DNA of 64,000 nucleotides from Verrucomicrobiota bacterium (GTDB taxonomy: Bacteria > Verrucomicrobiota > Verrucomicrobiia > Limisphaerales > UBA8199), in the NCBI GenBank assembly GCA_039806935.1, contig JBDHQH010000002.1:33872-97871 (forward strand), written 5' to 3'. Of the stretch, positions 28,950 to 38,323 are shown piece after piece. A program made the position numbers and the translations under genes. How positions within the stretch are numbered: the stretch's first letter is position 1; the number at the start of each line of letters is the position of its first letter. The notes under the pieces were generated by a model. The model worked only from the letters and a program-made list of their open reading frames with translations. It was not told the origin of the DNA and ran no database searches.

Positions 28950-29735
28950 TTAAGCTCCGCTCTCCGTGGTCCGGCGGATGGAGTCGGCGTGGAAAAACTC
29001 CCTCGCTAACGGTGGTTCCGTTTGGCGCGCGATTTCGTCGGGGGGGCCCATAGCGACAATGCCTTTGATGTCCGCGTCCAAAAGGATCATGCGGTCCGCG
29101 ATGCTGAAAATGCTTGGCAATCGGTGGGAGACGACCACCACGGTGGCGCCGACGGTTTGCCGAATCCGGAGGATCAACTGGTTGATCTGGCGGGCGGTGA
29201 TCGGGTCGAGGCCCGCGGTGGGTTCATCGAAAAACAGGATTTGGGGATCGAGCGCCAGCGCCCGCGCCAGGGCGGCCCGTTTCTGCATTCCGCCACTCAG
29301 TTCCCCTGGGTAGCGGTCTTGGCAGCCCGCCAGGCCGACCTGGGCCAGTTTCAGCGCGACAATTTCGGCGCGCGTCGCCCTCGGCAGCCTCGTGTACAGC
29401 ACCAGCGGCAGGCTGATATTTTCAAACAGCGACATGTCGCTCCACAAAGCGTGATCCTGGAATAAAACTCCGAACGCCTCAAAAAACTCGCGCCGATCAA
29501 ACGATTCGGCTCCGGGGAACGGTTTGCCGAAGTATTTGATTGCACCTCCGGCGGGCATCTGCAGCCCGACCAGGTGGCGCAACAGAGTGCTCTTGCCGCA
29601 CCCGCTGCGCCCGGCCACAAAGAAAATCTCGTTGCGGCGCACGGAAAAGGAGACCTCGCGCAGCACCACATGGCCACCGTAACGGCATTCGAGGCGCTCG
29701 ACTTGGATGATTTCCTCGCTCCGGGCCGGTGTCAT
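28950..29735 (-). CDS. ABC transporter ATP-binding protein (MlaF-like)
   Basis: Walker A GRSGCGKST, signature LSGGMQKRAALARAL and Walker B ILFFDEP. ATG 29735 lies 4 nt after the permease stop. Confidence 0.9.
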   Translation of the reverse strand: MTPARSEEIIQVERLECRYGGHVVLREVSFSVRRNEIFFVAGRSGCGKSTLLRHLVGLQMPAGGAIKYFGKPFPGAESFDRREFFEAFGVLFQDHALWSDMSLFENISLPLVLYTRLPRATRAEIVALKLAQVGLAGCQDRYPGELSGGMQKRAALARALALDPQILFFDEPTAGLDPITARQINQLILRIRQTVGATVVVVSHRLPSIFSIADRMILLDADIKGIVAMGPPDEIARQTEPPLAREFFHADSIRRTTESGA

Positions 29736-29739
29736 GATT

Positions 29740-30858
29740 TTAGAATCCGAGATTATCCAGGATGGGGGCAAACAAGGTGTCCGCAACAATGATAGCGGTG
29801 ATGCCGGTCACCACCGCCGAGGTCGCGGCTCGCCCCACTCCGGCGGACGATCGCTCGCATTGCAATCCGCGCAAGGTGCCCGCAAGGCCAATCAGCACAC
29901 CAAACACCGCGCCCTTCACCACGCCGACAATGACGTCCGCCAGCGACACCGCCGCTTGCAGCCGCACCCAGAATTCCGTGCTCGAGATATCGATCGAGGA
30001 AAGCGTGACCATGAACCCGCCCAGGATGCCGAGCAGATCCGAGTACAGGGTGATCAACGGCATCATGCAGAAAAGCGCGCCCAATCGGGGCAGCACCAGA
30101 AAAGAGATCGGGGAGACCCCCAGCACCTCCAGCGCGTCAATTTCGCCGCTCAAACGCATGTTCCCGAGGTGAGCCGCAAACGCCGCGCCGGTGCGCCCGG
30201 CCAGAATCACGGCGGCCAGCACCGGGCCGATTTGTCGGACCACCGCCTGACCCAGACCGTTGATGACATACATTTCGGCGCCGAACTGCCGGAGCTGGGA
30301 TACGGTTTCGTAAGCAAACACCACTCCGATTAAAAAGCTGAGCAACCCCACGATCGGCAGCGCCTTGGGCCCCGCCTGAACCATTTCCCCCACAAAATCC
30401 CGCCAGTGAACCTGGCGCGGATCCGCCGGAGCCTCAACGGTTCCCACGGCGCATTCACCGATGAAACGGATCGAGTTTTTCAGCCGGTCGGCGGTGCGCT
30501 TGCCCCACCGTCGGAGGATGCGCCCGAGGCGTTCCGGCGTTCGGGGCGGGGGCGCGCTCTCCTCGCTTTCCCGCAGGTGACGCAAGAGCGCCTGGAGAGG
30601 CTCTGGAAGCGCTTCCAGACTAAGCGAGGTCTGGTGCTCGGCGCACCAGTTGCGCAAATGCAGGAGAAAGAGCGGGAGCGAACTGTCCCATGCCATCAAG
30701 TTCCGAGGGATTACGCGGATTCGGCGCGTGGCCGGGTGAGCTGCCATCAGCTCGCCGGGTCCCGGCAAAACTTCCGTGAGACGCCAGCATCCGCCCACGC
30801 GCAGCACCACGTCATGATTGTTCGGTTCGATTTCAGCTACTGGGCTTGCTGGTTCCAT
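29740..30858 (-). CDS. MlaE-family ABC permease with N-terminal STAS-like extension
   Basis: The C-terminal 250 aa are typical MlaE (GPKALPIVGLLSFLIGVVFAY...IDALEVLGVSP...). The track start at 31161 overlaps parE, so ATG 30858 (MEPASPVAE...) is preferred. Confidence 0.85.
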   Translation of the reverse strand: MEPASPVAEIEPNNHDVVLRVGGCWRLTEVLPGPGELMAAHPATRRIRVIPRNLMAWDSSLPLFLLHLRNWCAEHQTSLSLEALPEPLQALLRHLRESEESAPPPRTPERLGRILRRWGKRTADRLKNSIRFIGECAVGTVEAPADPRQVHWRDFVGEMVQAGPKALPIVGLLSFLIGVVFAYETVSQLRQFGAEMYVINGLGQAVVRQIGPVLAAVILAGRTGAAFAAHLGNMRLSGEIDALEVLGVSPISFLVLPRLGALFCMMPLITLYSDLLGILGGFMVTLSSIDISSTEFWVRLQAAVSLADVIVGVVKGAVFGVLIGLAGTLRGLQCERSSAGVGRAATSAVVTGITAIIVADTLFAPILDNLGF

Positions 30859-31147
30859 ACGAGTCGCGCTCAGGGTGAGGCGCCCGGCAGCCCCGGCTCC
30901 GAGGCCAGGGTTGGATGGCGCACATCCGCCGGTGTGTCCCTTGTTCCCGCGTATACATCTTTCCCCGTCCCCGCTTTTGCGGCTTTCGGAAACGGGTCGT
31001 TTTTGCCAGCCGCCGCCGGTTGACATGACAGCTTCCACCGGCTTGAGCGGGCCGCAATTGGGGTCTTGACCTTCCCTCGAGAATTGGATCCGGGCGAGTA
31101 CAAAGGTTGATCCGGATCGCGCCGCTCCAGTAGGTTGTTCATCGAGT

Positions 31148-32974
31148 ATGGCAGAGACCAAGCACGTTTACGATGAGAGCAAGATCAAGACGCTCTCCTC
31201 GCTGGAGCATATCCGACTGCGCACCGGCATGTACATCGGGCGCATCGGCGATGGATCCCATTATGACGACGGCTGTTATATATTATTGAAAGAGGTGATC
31301 GACAACGCCATTGATGAGTTCATCATGGGCGCTGGACGCGAAGTGCGGGTGACCCTTCAGGACCAGGCGGTCACGGTGCGGGATTTTGGCCGTGGAATCC
31401 CGCTGGGCAAGGTCATCGAGTGCGTTTCGCAGATCAATACCGGCGCGAAATACAACGATGACGTCTTCCAGTTCAGTGTGGGATTAAACGGCGTTGGCAC
31501 GAAAGCGGTCAACGCCCTCTCGCGCGAGTTTTTGGTCCGCAGCCATCGGGAAGGCCAATTCGTTGAGGCGATTTTTAAACAGGGCAAGCTCAAAGGGGAA
31601 AAGAAAGGCAAAACCAGCGAACCGGATGGCACCCTCATTCGTTTCGAGCCGGACCCCGCCATTTTCAAGTCCTACGGCTATCGGCCTGAGCATATTGAAC
31701 GGCGGTTGCGGCATTATAGTTATCTCAATTCGGGGTTGAAATTGTTCTTCAACGACCAGGTGTTTCAATCCCGCAACGGCTTGCTGGATCTGGTGATGGA
31801 GGACCTTCGCGCCGACGGCAGCGAGCCGATCTACGCTCCACTGCACTACGGGGAAAAGACCCTCGAATTCTGCTTTACGCACAGCAACAGCCGCTATGGC
31901 GAGACGTTTTACTCGTTCGTGAACGGACAATTCACCAGCGACGGCGGCACGCATTTGAGCGCCTTTCGCGAGGGCCTGCTCAAGGCGGTCAATGAACACG
32001 GCCGGGAAAAGTTCGAGGGCGACGACGTGCGCGAGAGCATGGTCGGCGCGGTCGCGATTCGATTGAAAGAGCCGGTTTTTGAGTCCCAAACCAAGAACAA
32101 GTTGGGCAACACCGAAATTCGCGCCGACCTCGTGAATCGCGTCCGCGAGGAATTGTTGCATTTTTTCAACCGAAACAAAGAGGTGGCCGATCGGATTATC
32201 GCCAAGGTTCAGGACACCCGGCAGTTGCGCAAGGAATTGCAGGAGGTGAAGAAGCTTGCGCGGGAGCGAGCCAAGGCCATTACCATCCGCATCCCGCAGC
32301 TCAAGGATTGCAAGGAACATTTCAACCGAGCTCGCGGCAAAGGCAAGGGCACCATGATTTTCATCACCGAAGGCCAGTCCGCCGCCGGCTCGATCGTAAG
32401 CTGCCGCGAGGTGGCCACCCAGGCGATTTTCGTGCTGAAGGGCAAGCCCTTGAACGTCTGGGATCTCAAGCGGGACATCGTTTATAAAAATGATGAGATG
32501 TACAATCTCATGCGCAGTCTCGATATCGAAGACACCCTCGAGAATCTCCGCTATGAAAAAGTGATTTTGGCCACCGACGCGGACGTGGACGGCCTTCACA
32601 TCCGCAATCTGATGATCACCTATTTCTACAAATTCTTTGATCAGTTGATCCATGACGGACATTTGTACGTGCTCGAAACCCCGTTGTTCCGGGTGCGCAA
32701 CAAGGAGCAAACTTGTTACTGTTATTCCGAGTTCGAGCGCGACGAAGCGGCGCGGAAACTGGGCAAAAATTGCGAGATCACCCGGTTCAAGGGGCTGGGA
32801 GAAATCTCCCCCGCCGAATTCAAGCAGTTTATTGGCAAAGAAATGCGGCTGAGCAAAGTCGAGTACGCGCCGCGTCCGGACGCGGCGGGAATCCTTGGGT
32901 TTTACATGGGCAAAAATACTCCCGAGCGGAAAGATTACATCATGGAAAACCTGGTGGTCGCGATGGAGGAGTAA
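31148..32974 (+). CDS. parE: Type IIA topoisomerase subunit B (short ParE-type)
   Basis: GHKL ATPase motifs (LEHIRLRTGMYIG, EVIDNAIDE, GLNGVG), the Toprim region and the TEGQSAAG motif. 608 aa. Confidence 0.9.
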   Translation: MAETKHVYDESKIKTLSSLEHIRLRTGMYIGRIGDGSHYDDGCYILLKEVIDNAIDEFIMGAGREVRVTLQDQAVTVRDFGRGIPLGKVIECVSQINTGAKYNDDVFQFSVGLNGVGTKAVNALSREFLVRSHREGQFVEAIFKQGKLKGEKKGKTSEPDGTLIRFEPDPAIFKSYGYRPEHIERRLRHYSYLNSGLKLFFNDQVFQSRNGLLDLVMEDLRADGSEPIYAPLHYGEKTLEFCFTHSNSRYGETFYSFVNGQFTSDGGTHLSAFREGLLKAVNEHGREKFEGDDVRESMVGAVAIRLKEPVFESQTKNKLGNTEIRADLVNRVREELLHFFNRNKEVADRIIAKVQDTRQLRKELQEVKKLARERAKAITIRIPQLKDCKEHFNRARGKGKGTMIFITEGQSAAGSIVSCREVATQAIFVLKGKPLNVWDLKRDIVYKNDEMYNLMRSLDIEDTLENLRYEKVILATDADVDGLHIRNLMITYFYKFFDQLIHDGHLYVLETPLFRVRNKEQTCYCYSEFERDEAARKLGKNCEITRFKGLGEISPAEFKQFIGKEMRLSKVEYAPRPDAAGILGFYMGKNTPERKDYIMENLVVAMEE

Positions 32975-33040
32975 GCCTCCATGACCGGCTGTGGTTCCAC
33001 CCGCCGAAAAATCGCGCTTCCAGTTTGACGCAAATTTCAC

Positions 33041-35158
33041 ATGGCTCGCAAACGCAAAATCCAGCCGGCTCAGCCGGAATTACCCATGAGCGAATCGCCG
33101 GGCACGGCGGGATCGGCGCCTGCCGCGCCGGCTCCGAACAATGGCAATGGCATTGTCCACGTCCACGATGAACCGCAGGCGCTTCCGGCGGCGCGCCGCC
33201 CGTTTGCGCCGGGGAAAATCGAATTACCCCTGCACTCGCGGGTCAACCGCGGCTTCCTGGACTACGCTTCCTACGTCATCCGTGACCGGGCCATCCCCAA
33301 TTTAGCGGATGGTCTCAAGCCAGTGCAGCGCCGGATTTTATGGGCTCTGCATGAGAAAGATGACGGGCGGTTCATCAAGGTCGCCAACATCGTCGGCCAC
33401 GCCATGCAGTATCATCCGCACGGCGATGCCTCGATCGGCGACGCGCTGGTGGTGCTGGCCAACAAACGGTATCTGATCGAAGGACAGGGGAATTTCGGGA
33501 ATCTCTTCACCGGCGACGTGGCTGCCGCGCCGCGCTACATTGAATGCCGCCTGACGCCGCTCGCGCGCGAAGAGATTTTTCATGATGAGATCACGGAGTT
33601 TGTGCCCAGCTACGACAGCCGCAACCGGGAGCCGATCGTCCTGCCCTCGAAATTGCCGCTGTTGTTGATGCTCGGCACCGAAGGCATCGCCGTGGGCATG
33701 GCCTCGCGCATTCTGCCCCATAATTTCCCGGAGTTGCTCGAGGCGCAGATTGCCATCCTGAAAAATCAACCTTTTAAGTGCCTCCCGGATTTTCCCACCG
33801 GCGGGCTTATGGACGCCCGCAGTTACCAGGATGGCGCGGGCGAAATCAAAGTTCGCGCCCGGATCAAGGCGAAGGATGAATCCACCGTCCTGATCAAGGA
33901 AATCCCGCCCACGACGACGACGGACGCGTTGATTGGCTCGATCGAGAACGCCTCCCGCAAAGGCAAGATCAAGGTGAAGAGCATCAACGATTTCACCGCG
34001 GAGGAGGTGGAGATCGAGGTGAAAGCGCCCGCGGGAGTGAGCGCCGCGCAACTCATCGACGCGCTTTACGCTTTCACCGATTGTGAGGTCACTATTGTCA
34101 GTCGGATCATTGTCATCAAGAACAACCGACCGGTGGAGATGACCGTGTCGGAAGTGCTGCGAGAGAACACCGCGCAGCTCACCCGGATCATTCAGCGCGA
34201 GCTCGAGCTTCAGGCCGCCAAACTTCAGGACGAACTGCACTTCCGCACCCTGGAGCGCATCTTTATCGAGGAGCGCCTTTACAAGCGCATCGAGCAGTGC
34301 AAAACCAACGAGGCGGTGATGGCGGCGGTTTACGACAGTTTCCAACCCTTCCGCAAACAGCTTGTCCGCGAACTGGCTGATCCGGACATCGAGCGTTTGT
34401 TGCAGGTGCGCATTCGCCGGATTTCGCTGTTCGACATCCAGAAGCACCGGGAAGAGATGGAGAAGGCCAGAGCCGAGTTGGGGGCGGTGCGCCAGAGCCT
34501 CAAAAACCTGTCTGCCTATGTTATCCGCCATCTTCAAGGTTTGCTCGCCAAGTACGGTCCGCAATATCCGCGGCTGACCAAATCCAGCCGTTATGACGAG
34601 GTGGATGCCCGGGAAGTCGCCTTCAAGGCTTTCAAAGTCGCTTACGACCGGGGATCAGGTTATCTCGGGCACAAGATCTCGGGGGAGGAATTCCGGATCG
34701 ATTGTACGAAGTTTGACAAGCTGCTGGTGCTCTTCCGTGACGGGCACTATCAGGTCCTGGAGCTGCCGGAAAAGCAATTCGTCGGCCCGGATGTGATCTT
34801 TTGCGGATTACCCGAGCGCGACCGGGTTTTCACGCTCGCCTACACCAACCGGGAGGCCACTTATCTGAAACGGTTCACTTTCGGAGGAACCATTCTCAAC
34901 AAGATCTATCATTGCATCCCGCCGAAATCGAAGATCTTGTTTTTTGAGCCGGACACACCGGCGGAAATCTTTATCAAATATAAGCCGGCCCCCTACCAAA
35001 AGGTCAATCAGCAGACCTGTCAACCGTCGCAAGTCGAGGTGAAAGGGCCGAAAACCCGGGGCCGTCAGATCTCGATCAAGGACGTCTCGACGATCAACAG
35101 CAAACCGCCGCGCGGTTGGGACGCCGAAGCGCCCACTACCCGGCTTCAGTTCGCCTGA
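33041..35158 (+). CDS. parC: Type IIA topoisomerase subunit A (ParC-type, short C-terminal domain)
   Basis: AIPNLADGLKPVQRRILWAL, YHPHGD, and an active-site region containing APRYIECRL. 705 aa. Confidence 0.9.
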   Translation: MARKRKIQPAQPELPMSESPGTAGSAPAAPAPNNGNGIVHVHDEPQALPAARRPFAPGKIELPLHSRVNRGFLDYASYVIRDRAIPNLADGLKPVQRRILWALHEKDDGRFIKVANIVGHAMQYHPHGDASIGDALVVLANKRYLIEGQGNFGNLFTGDVAAAPRYIECRLTPLAREEIFHDEITEFVPSYDSRNREPIVLPSKLPLLLMLGTEGIAVGMASRILPHNFPELLEAQIAILKNQPFKCLPDFPTGGLMDARSYQDGAGEIKVRARIKAKDESTVLIKEIPPTTTTDALIGSIENASRKGKIKVKSINDFTAEEVEIEVKAPAGVSAAQLIDALYAFTDCEVTIVSRIIVIKNNRPVEMTVSEVLRENTAQLTRIIQRELELQAAKLQDELHFRTLERIFIEERLYKRIEQCKTNEAVMAAVYDSFQPFRKQLVRELADPDIERLLQVRIRRISLFDIQKHREEMEKARAELGAVRQSLKNLSAYVIRHLQGLLAKYGPQYPRLTKSSRYDEVDAREVAFKAFKVAYDRGSGYLGHKISGEEFRIDCTKFDKLLVLFRDGHYQVLELPEKQFVGPDVIFCGLPERDRVFTLAYTNREATYLKRFTFGGTILNKIYHCIPPKSKILFFEPDTPAEIFIKYKPAPYQKVNQQTCQPSQVEVKGPKTRGRQISIKDVSTINSKPPRGWDAEAPTTRLQFA

Positions 35159-35208
35159 GAGCGGCTTTGGCATTGCCCCGCCCCCTGGCCGCAAACTACG
35201 CTGGCGCG

Positions 35209-36084
35209 ATGAATGGCTTGCGGATTTGGCTGCTATTGGGCTTGTGCGCGCCCGTGGCGTGGGCCGGCACACTCGCTCAGATACGAACCGTTTACGGCAC
35301 ACTCGAGGTGGAACTCTATGATCACGAAAAGCCTGCGACGGTGGCTAATTTCAAGAAGTTGGCGCAAGCCGGCGCCTGGCAGAATTCATTTTTCCACCGG
35401 TTGGTGCCGGGCTTCGTGCTGCAAGGCGGCGGGTTTGTCGGCTATAGCCCACAGGCGACCAATGAACTGGCACCCCCATGGTATGGCCTGGGGGCGGCCA
35501 TCAGCTTTGGGAGCGTGACCAACGAGTACGCCGTCGGCCCGCGGCTCAGCAACACCAATGGCACCCTGGCCATGGCCAAGGTGGGGAGCGACCCCGATTC
35601 CGCCTCGAATCAATGGTTCATCAACCTCGGCAATAATGCCGCAAATCTGGACAACCAGAATGGGGGCTTCACCGTGTTCGGGCGCGTCATCCATGACCCG
35701 GATGGGGTGCTGCCGTTTCTCAATACTCTTCGGCCCGGTTACGGCCAGGTGAACATGGGCTACTGGTACCCGGGCGATTCGGTGGCCACGGGGCTGTTCA
35801 GCGAGCTGCCCGTCACCTACGCGGGCAATGTCCCGCCGCGGCACCGGGATCTGCTTTACTTCGACGTCTCCTTTCTTTCGGTGCAAGTCAGCGCCGCCAA
35901 TCACCAGCCGTTGATTTCATGGAATTCGGTGGCTGGCCGCGCGAACGTGATCGAGTTCACCACGAACTTTCCCCCGATTTGGAGGACGCTGGTTTCCACC
36001 AATGGCAACGGCCAGCGACTGGCCGTCGCCGATCCCGCCGCCACCAACGGGTTCCGATTCTATCGCGCGCGCGTACTTTATTGA
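35209..36084 (+). CDS. Secreted cyclophilin-type peptidyl-prolyl isomerase fused to a C-terminal ...FYR module
   Basis: Signal MNGLRIWLLLGLCAPVAWA. Cyclophilin motifs FHRLVPGFVLQGGG, GTLAMAK and NQWFINL. The tail is ISWNSVAGRANVIEF...WRTL...FRFYRARVLY. Confidence 0.85.
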   Translation: MNGLRIWLLLGLCAPVAWAGTLAQIRTVYGTLEVELYDHEKPATVANFKKLAQAGAWQNSFFHRLVPGFVLQGGGFVGYSPQATNELAPPWYGLGAAISFGSVTNEYAVGPRLSNTNGTLAMAKVGSDPDSASNQWFINLGNNAANLDNQNGGFTVFGRVIHDPDGVLPFLNTLRPGYGQVNMGYWYPGDSVATGLFSELPVTYAGNVPPRHRDLLYFDVSFLSVQVSAANHQPLISWNSVAGRANVIEFTTNFPPIWRTLVSTNGNGQRLAVADPAATNGFRFYRARVLY

Positions 36085-36119
36085 TTGAGCGCAGTCGGGG
36101 GGTGATTAAAATCGCCTTT

Positions 36120-37757
36120 ATGAAACGGAACTCGACCGCGTCACTTAAACCGAAACAAGTCTATCTGGTTTCCAGTGGAGATCTGCGCCTCTCCGCCAAT
36201 CAGCAGTGTTGGCCTGAGCAGGCTAAAATGGAGGCCGCGCTGGCGAAGGCCCTCCAGGCGCAGGGCTGGAAGCCGGTCCGCGCCCATCCTTACGACAGGG
36301 CGAAGAAGCACGGCTTCATCGATTCCCAGAAAATGGGCCTCGCGGTGTTCCGCCAAATGGATCCGCGCGCTCCGGTCATTGTGGCCGAGAGTGTCTGGCA
36401 ATATAGCCATCATGTGCTCGCCGGGTTGACGACTCACCAGGGACCAATTCTCACCCTCGCCAATTGGAGCGGCACCTGGCCGGGACTGGTCGGATTGTTG
36501 AATCTGAATGCCTCCCTCACCAAAGCCGGCGTCCACTACAGCACCCTCTGGAGCGAGGATTTTCAGGACTCGTTTTTCAAGGCCGGGCTGAGCGAATGGC
36601 TGACCACTGGCGAGTTGCGGCATGATCTGAGCCACGTCCGGGATTTCAAACGCTTGAAGATCGCCGCGGAAGACGAGGCTCTGGGGCGGGAGGCAGGACG
36701 CCGGTTACGCCAGGAGAAGGCCATCATCGGAGTGTTCGATGAAGGCTGCATGGGGATGTTTAACGCCATCATTCCCGATGATCTTTTGCATGCCACCGGG
36801 GTTTTCAAAGAGCGCCTGAGCCAATCCACTCTGTACGCGGCCATGCGGGAGGTCCGTGACGAGGAGGCGCGCGGGGTTCTCGAGTGGCTGCGGCGGAAAG
36901 GGATGCAATTTGATTGGGGCAGGGATGAGGCCAGTGAGCTGACCGAGAGCCAGACCTTGGATCAATGCAAGATGTACGTGGCGGCGGTGCGCTTGGCGGC
37001 TGAATTCGGCTGCGCCGCCATTGGCATCCAGTATCAACAAGGATTGAAGGATCTTGCCCCGGCCAGCGACCTGGCCGAAGGCTTGCTCAATAACGTGGAT
37101 CGTCCTCCGGTGCGCTGCCCGCAAAGCGGCAGAGTATTGTTTGAAGGCGAAGCCGTGCCGCATTTCAACGAAGTGGACGAGTGCGCCGGCTTGGACGGAT
37201 TGGTAACCTATCGGTTATGGCGTGAATTGGGCTTTGCCCCCGAGAACACGCTTCACGATCTGCGGTGGGGCCAGAGTTTTCGCGCTAACGGACGCGAGGA
37301 TTATGTCTGGGTTTTGCTCATCTCGGGTGCGGTCCCGCCAGCGCATCTTGCCGGCGGGTACAAGGGCGCCCGCAGCCAAAGGCAGCCGCCCATGTTCTTC
37401 CGGCTTGGCGGCGGCACCATCAAGGGCATCTCCAAGCCCGGCCATGTCGTCTGGAGCCGTGTTTTCGTGGGTGGCGGGAAACTTCACTGCGACCTCGGGG
37501 TGCTCGAGTCGGTTAAGTTGCCCGAGGCTGAAACCGAGCGACGCTGGCGGGCCACCACGCCACAATGGCCCATGATGCACGCGGTTTTTGACGGCATCAC
37601 TCGGGACCAGATGATGGCTCGGCATCAGGCCAATCATATTCAGGTGGCCTACGCCCCCAATCGCGCGCAGGCGCATCGCGCTTGCCGCATCAAAGCCGCC
37701 ATGCTCGAGGCCATGGGGGTCGAGACGCATTTTTGCGGCCGCGTGGACTTGAAGTAG
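36120..37757 (+). CDS. L-fucose isomerase family protein
   Basis: The N-terminal and C-terminal regions align by eye with FucI-type isomerases (WPMMHAVF...ANHIQVAY versus WPTTWFAP...ANHGVLTIG). The specific substrate is not inferable. Confidence 0.6.
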   Translation: MKRNSTASLKPKQVYLVSSGDLRLSANQQCWPEQAKMEAALAKALQAQGWKPVRAHPYDRAKKHGFIDSQKMGLAVFRQMDPRAPVIVAESVWQYSHHVLAGLTTHQGPILTLANWSGTWPGLVGLLNLNASLTKAGVHYSTLWSEDFQDSFFKAGLSEWLTTGELRHDLSHVRDFKRLKIAAEDEALGREAGRRLRQEKAIIGVFDEGCMGMFNAIIPDDLLHATGVFKERLSQSTLYAAMREVRDEEARGVLEWLRRKGMQFDWGRDEASELTESQTLDQCKMYVAAVRLAAEFGCAAIGIQYQQGLKDLAPASDLAEGLLNNVDRPPVRCPQSGRVLFEGEAVPHFNEVDECAGLDGLVTYRLWRELGFAPENTLHDLRWGQSFRANGREDYVWVLLISGAVPPAHLAGGYKGARSQRQPPMFFRLGGGTIKGISKPGHVVWSRVFVGGGKLHCDLGVLESVKLPEAETERRWRATTPQWPMMHAVFDGITRDQMMARHQANHIQVAYAPNRAQAHRACRIKAAMLEAMGVETHFCGRVDLK

Positions 37758-37867
37758 GTGGGAGATCACCCGCGCCAAAACGAGAACAACACCCTACGCC
37801 GGGACGGTTCAACCGCCTGCTCAGGACACTTGTTTTTTGTGAGGCACGGCCATAAAGTGTACTGGTT

Positions 37868-38323
37868 ATGAAGAACGATCTGGTGTCTGTTCAGATCCGC
37901 GGGATTCTGCCCGCGAACAGCGGCTGCGCGCTGTTTGTGGGGAATGACGACAAGGTCTTCGTCATCAACGTGGAACCGAATATGGGCGCCATCATCGGCA
38001 TGTTTCTGCGCGACACTCCCAAGGAACGTCCGTTGACCCACGATCTCATCCAGAGCATTTTCAAGGGGTTCAGCATTAGCGTCGAGCGGGTCGTCATCAC
38101 CGAATTGCGTAATTCCACCTACTTCGCCCGGCTGGTGCTCCAGCAGCAGAACGAGATCGCGCGCAAAATTGTCGAAATTGATGCCCGGCCCAGCGATTGC
38201 CTGGCGCTGGCCACCGCGCAAAAGCGCCCCATCTACGTGGCCAACGCGCTCTTTGACCAGGTCGAGGACATGAGCGAAGTCCTTGATCGCATCAACGAGG
38301 GCGGCACGAGCGAGCTCGAGTAA
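37868..38323 (+). CDS. Bifunctional nuclease (BFN/DUF151) family protein
   Basis: VFVINVEPNMGAIIGMFL...RPLTHDL...ITEL...TYFARLVL...IDARPSDCLALA is the BFN pattern. Confidence 0.75.
   Translation: MKNDLVSVQIRGILPANSGCALFVGNDDKVFVINVEPNMGAIIGMFLRDTPKERPLTHDLIQSIFKGFSISVERVVITELRNSTYFARLVLQQQNEIARKIVEIDARPSDCLALATAQKRPIYVANALFDQVEDMSEVLDRINEGGTSELE

Noticed and set aside
30859-31161. Extended N-terminus of the MlaE-like ORF
   Set aside because: It is low-complexity G/R/P-rich and overlaps the parE start. An internal ATG gives a typical architecture.
31484-33040. 518-aa minus ORF antisense to parE
   Set aside because: Shadow ORF; the plus strand has GHKL and Toprim motifs.
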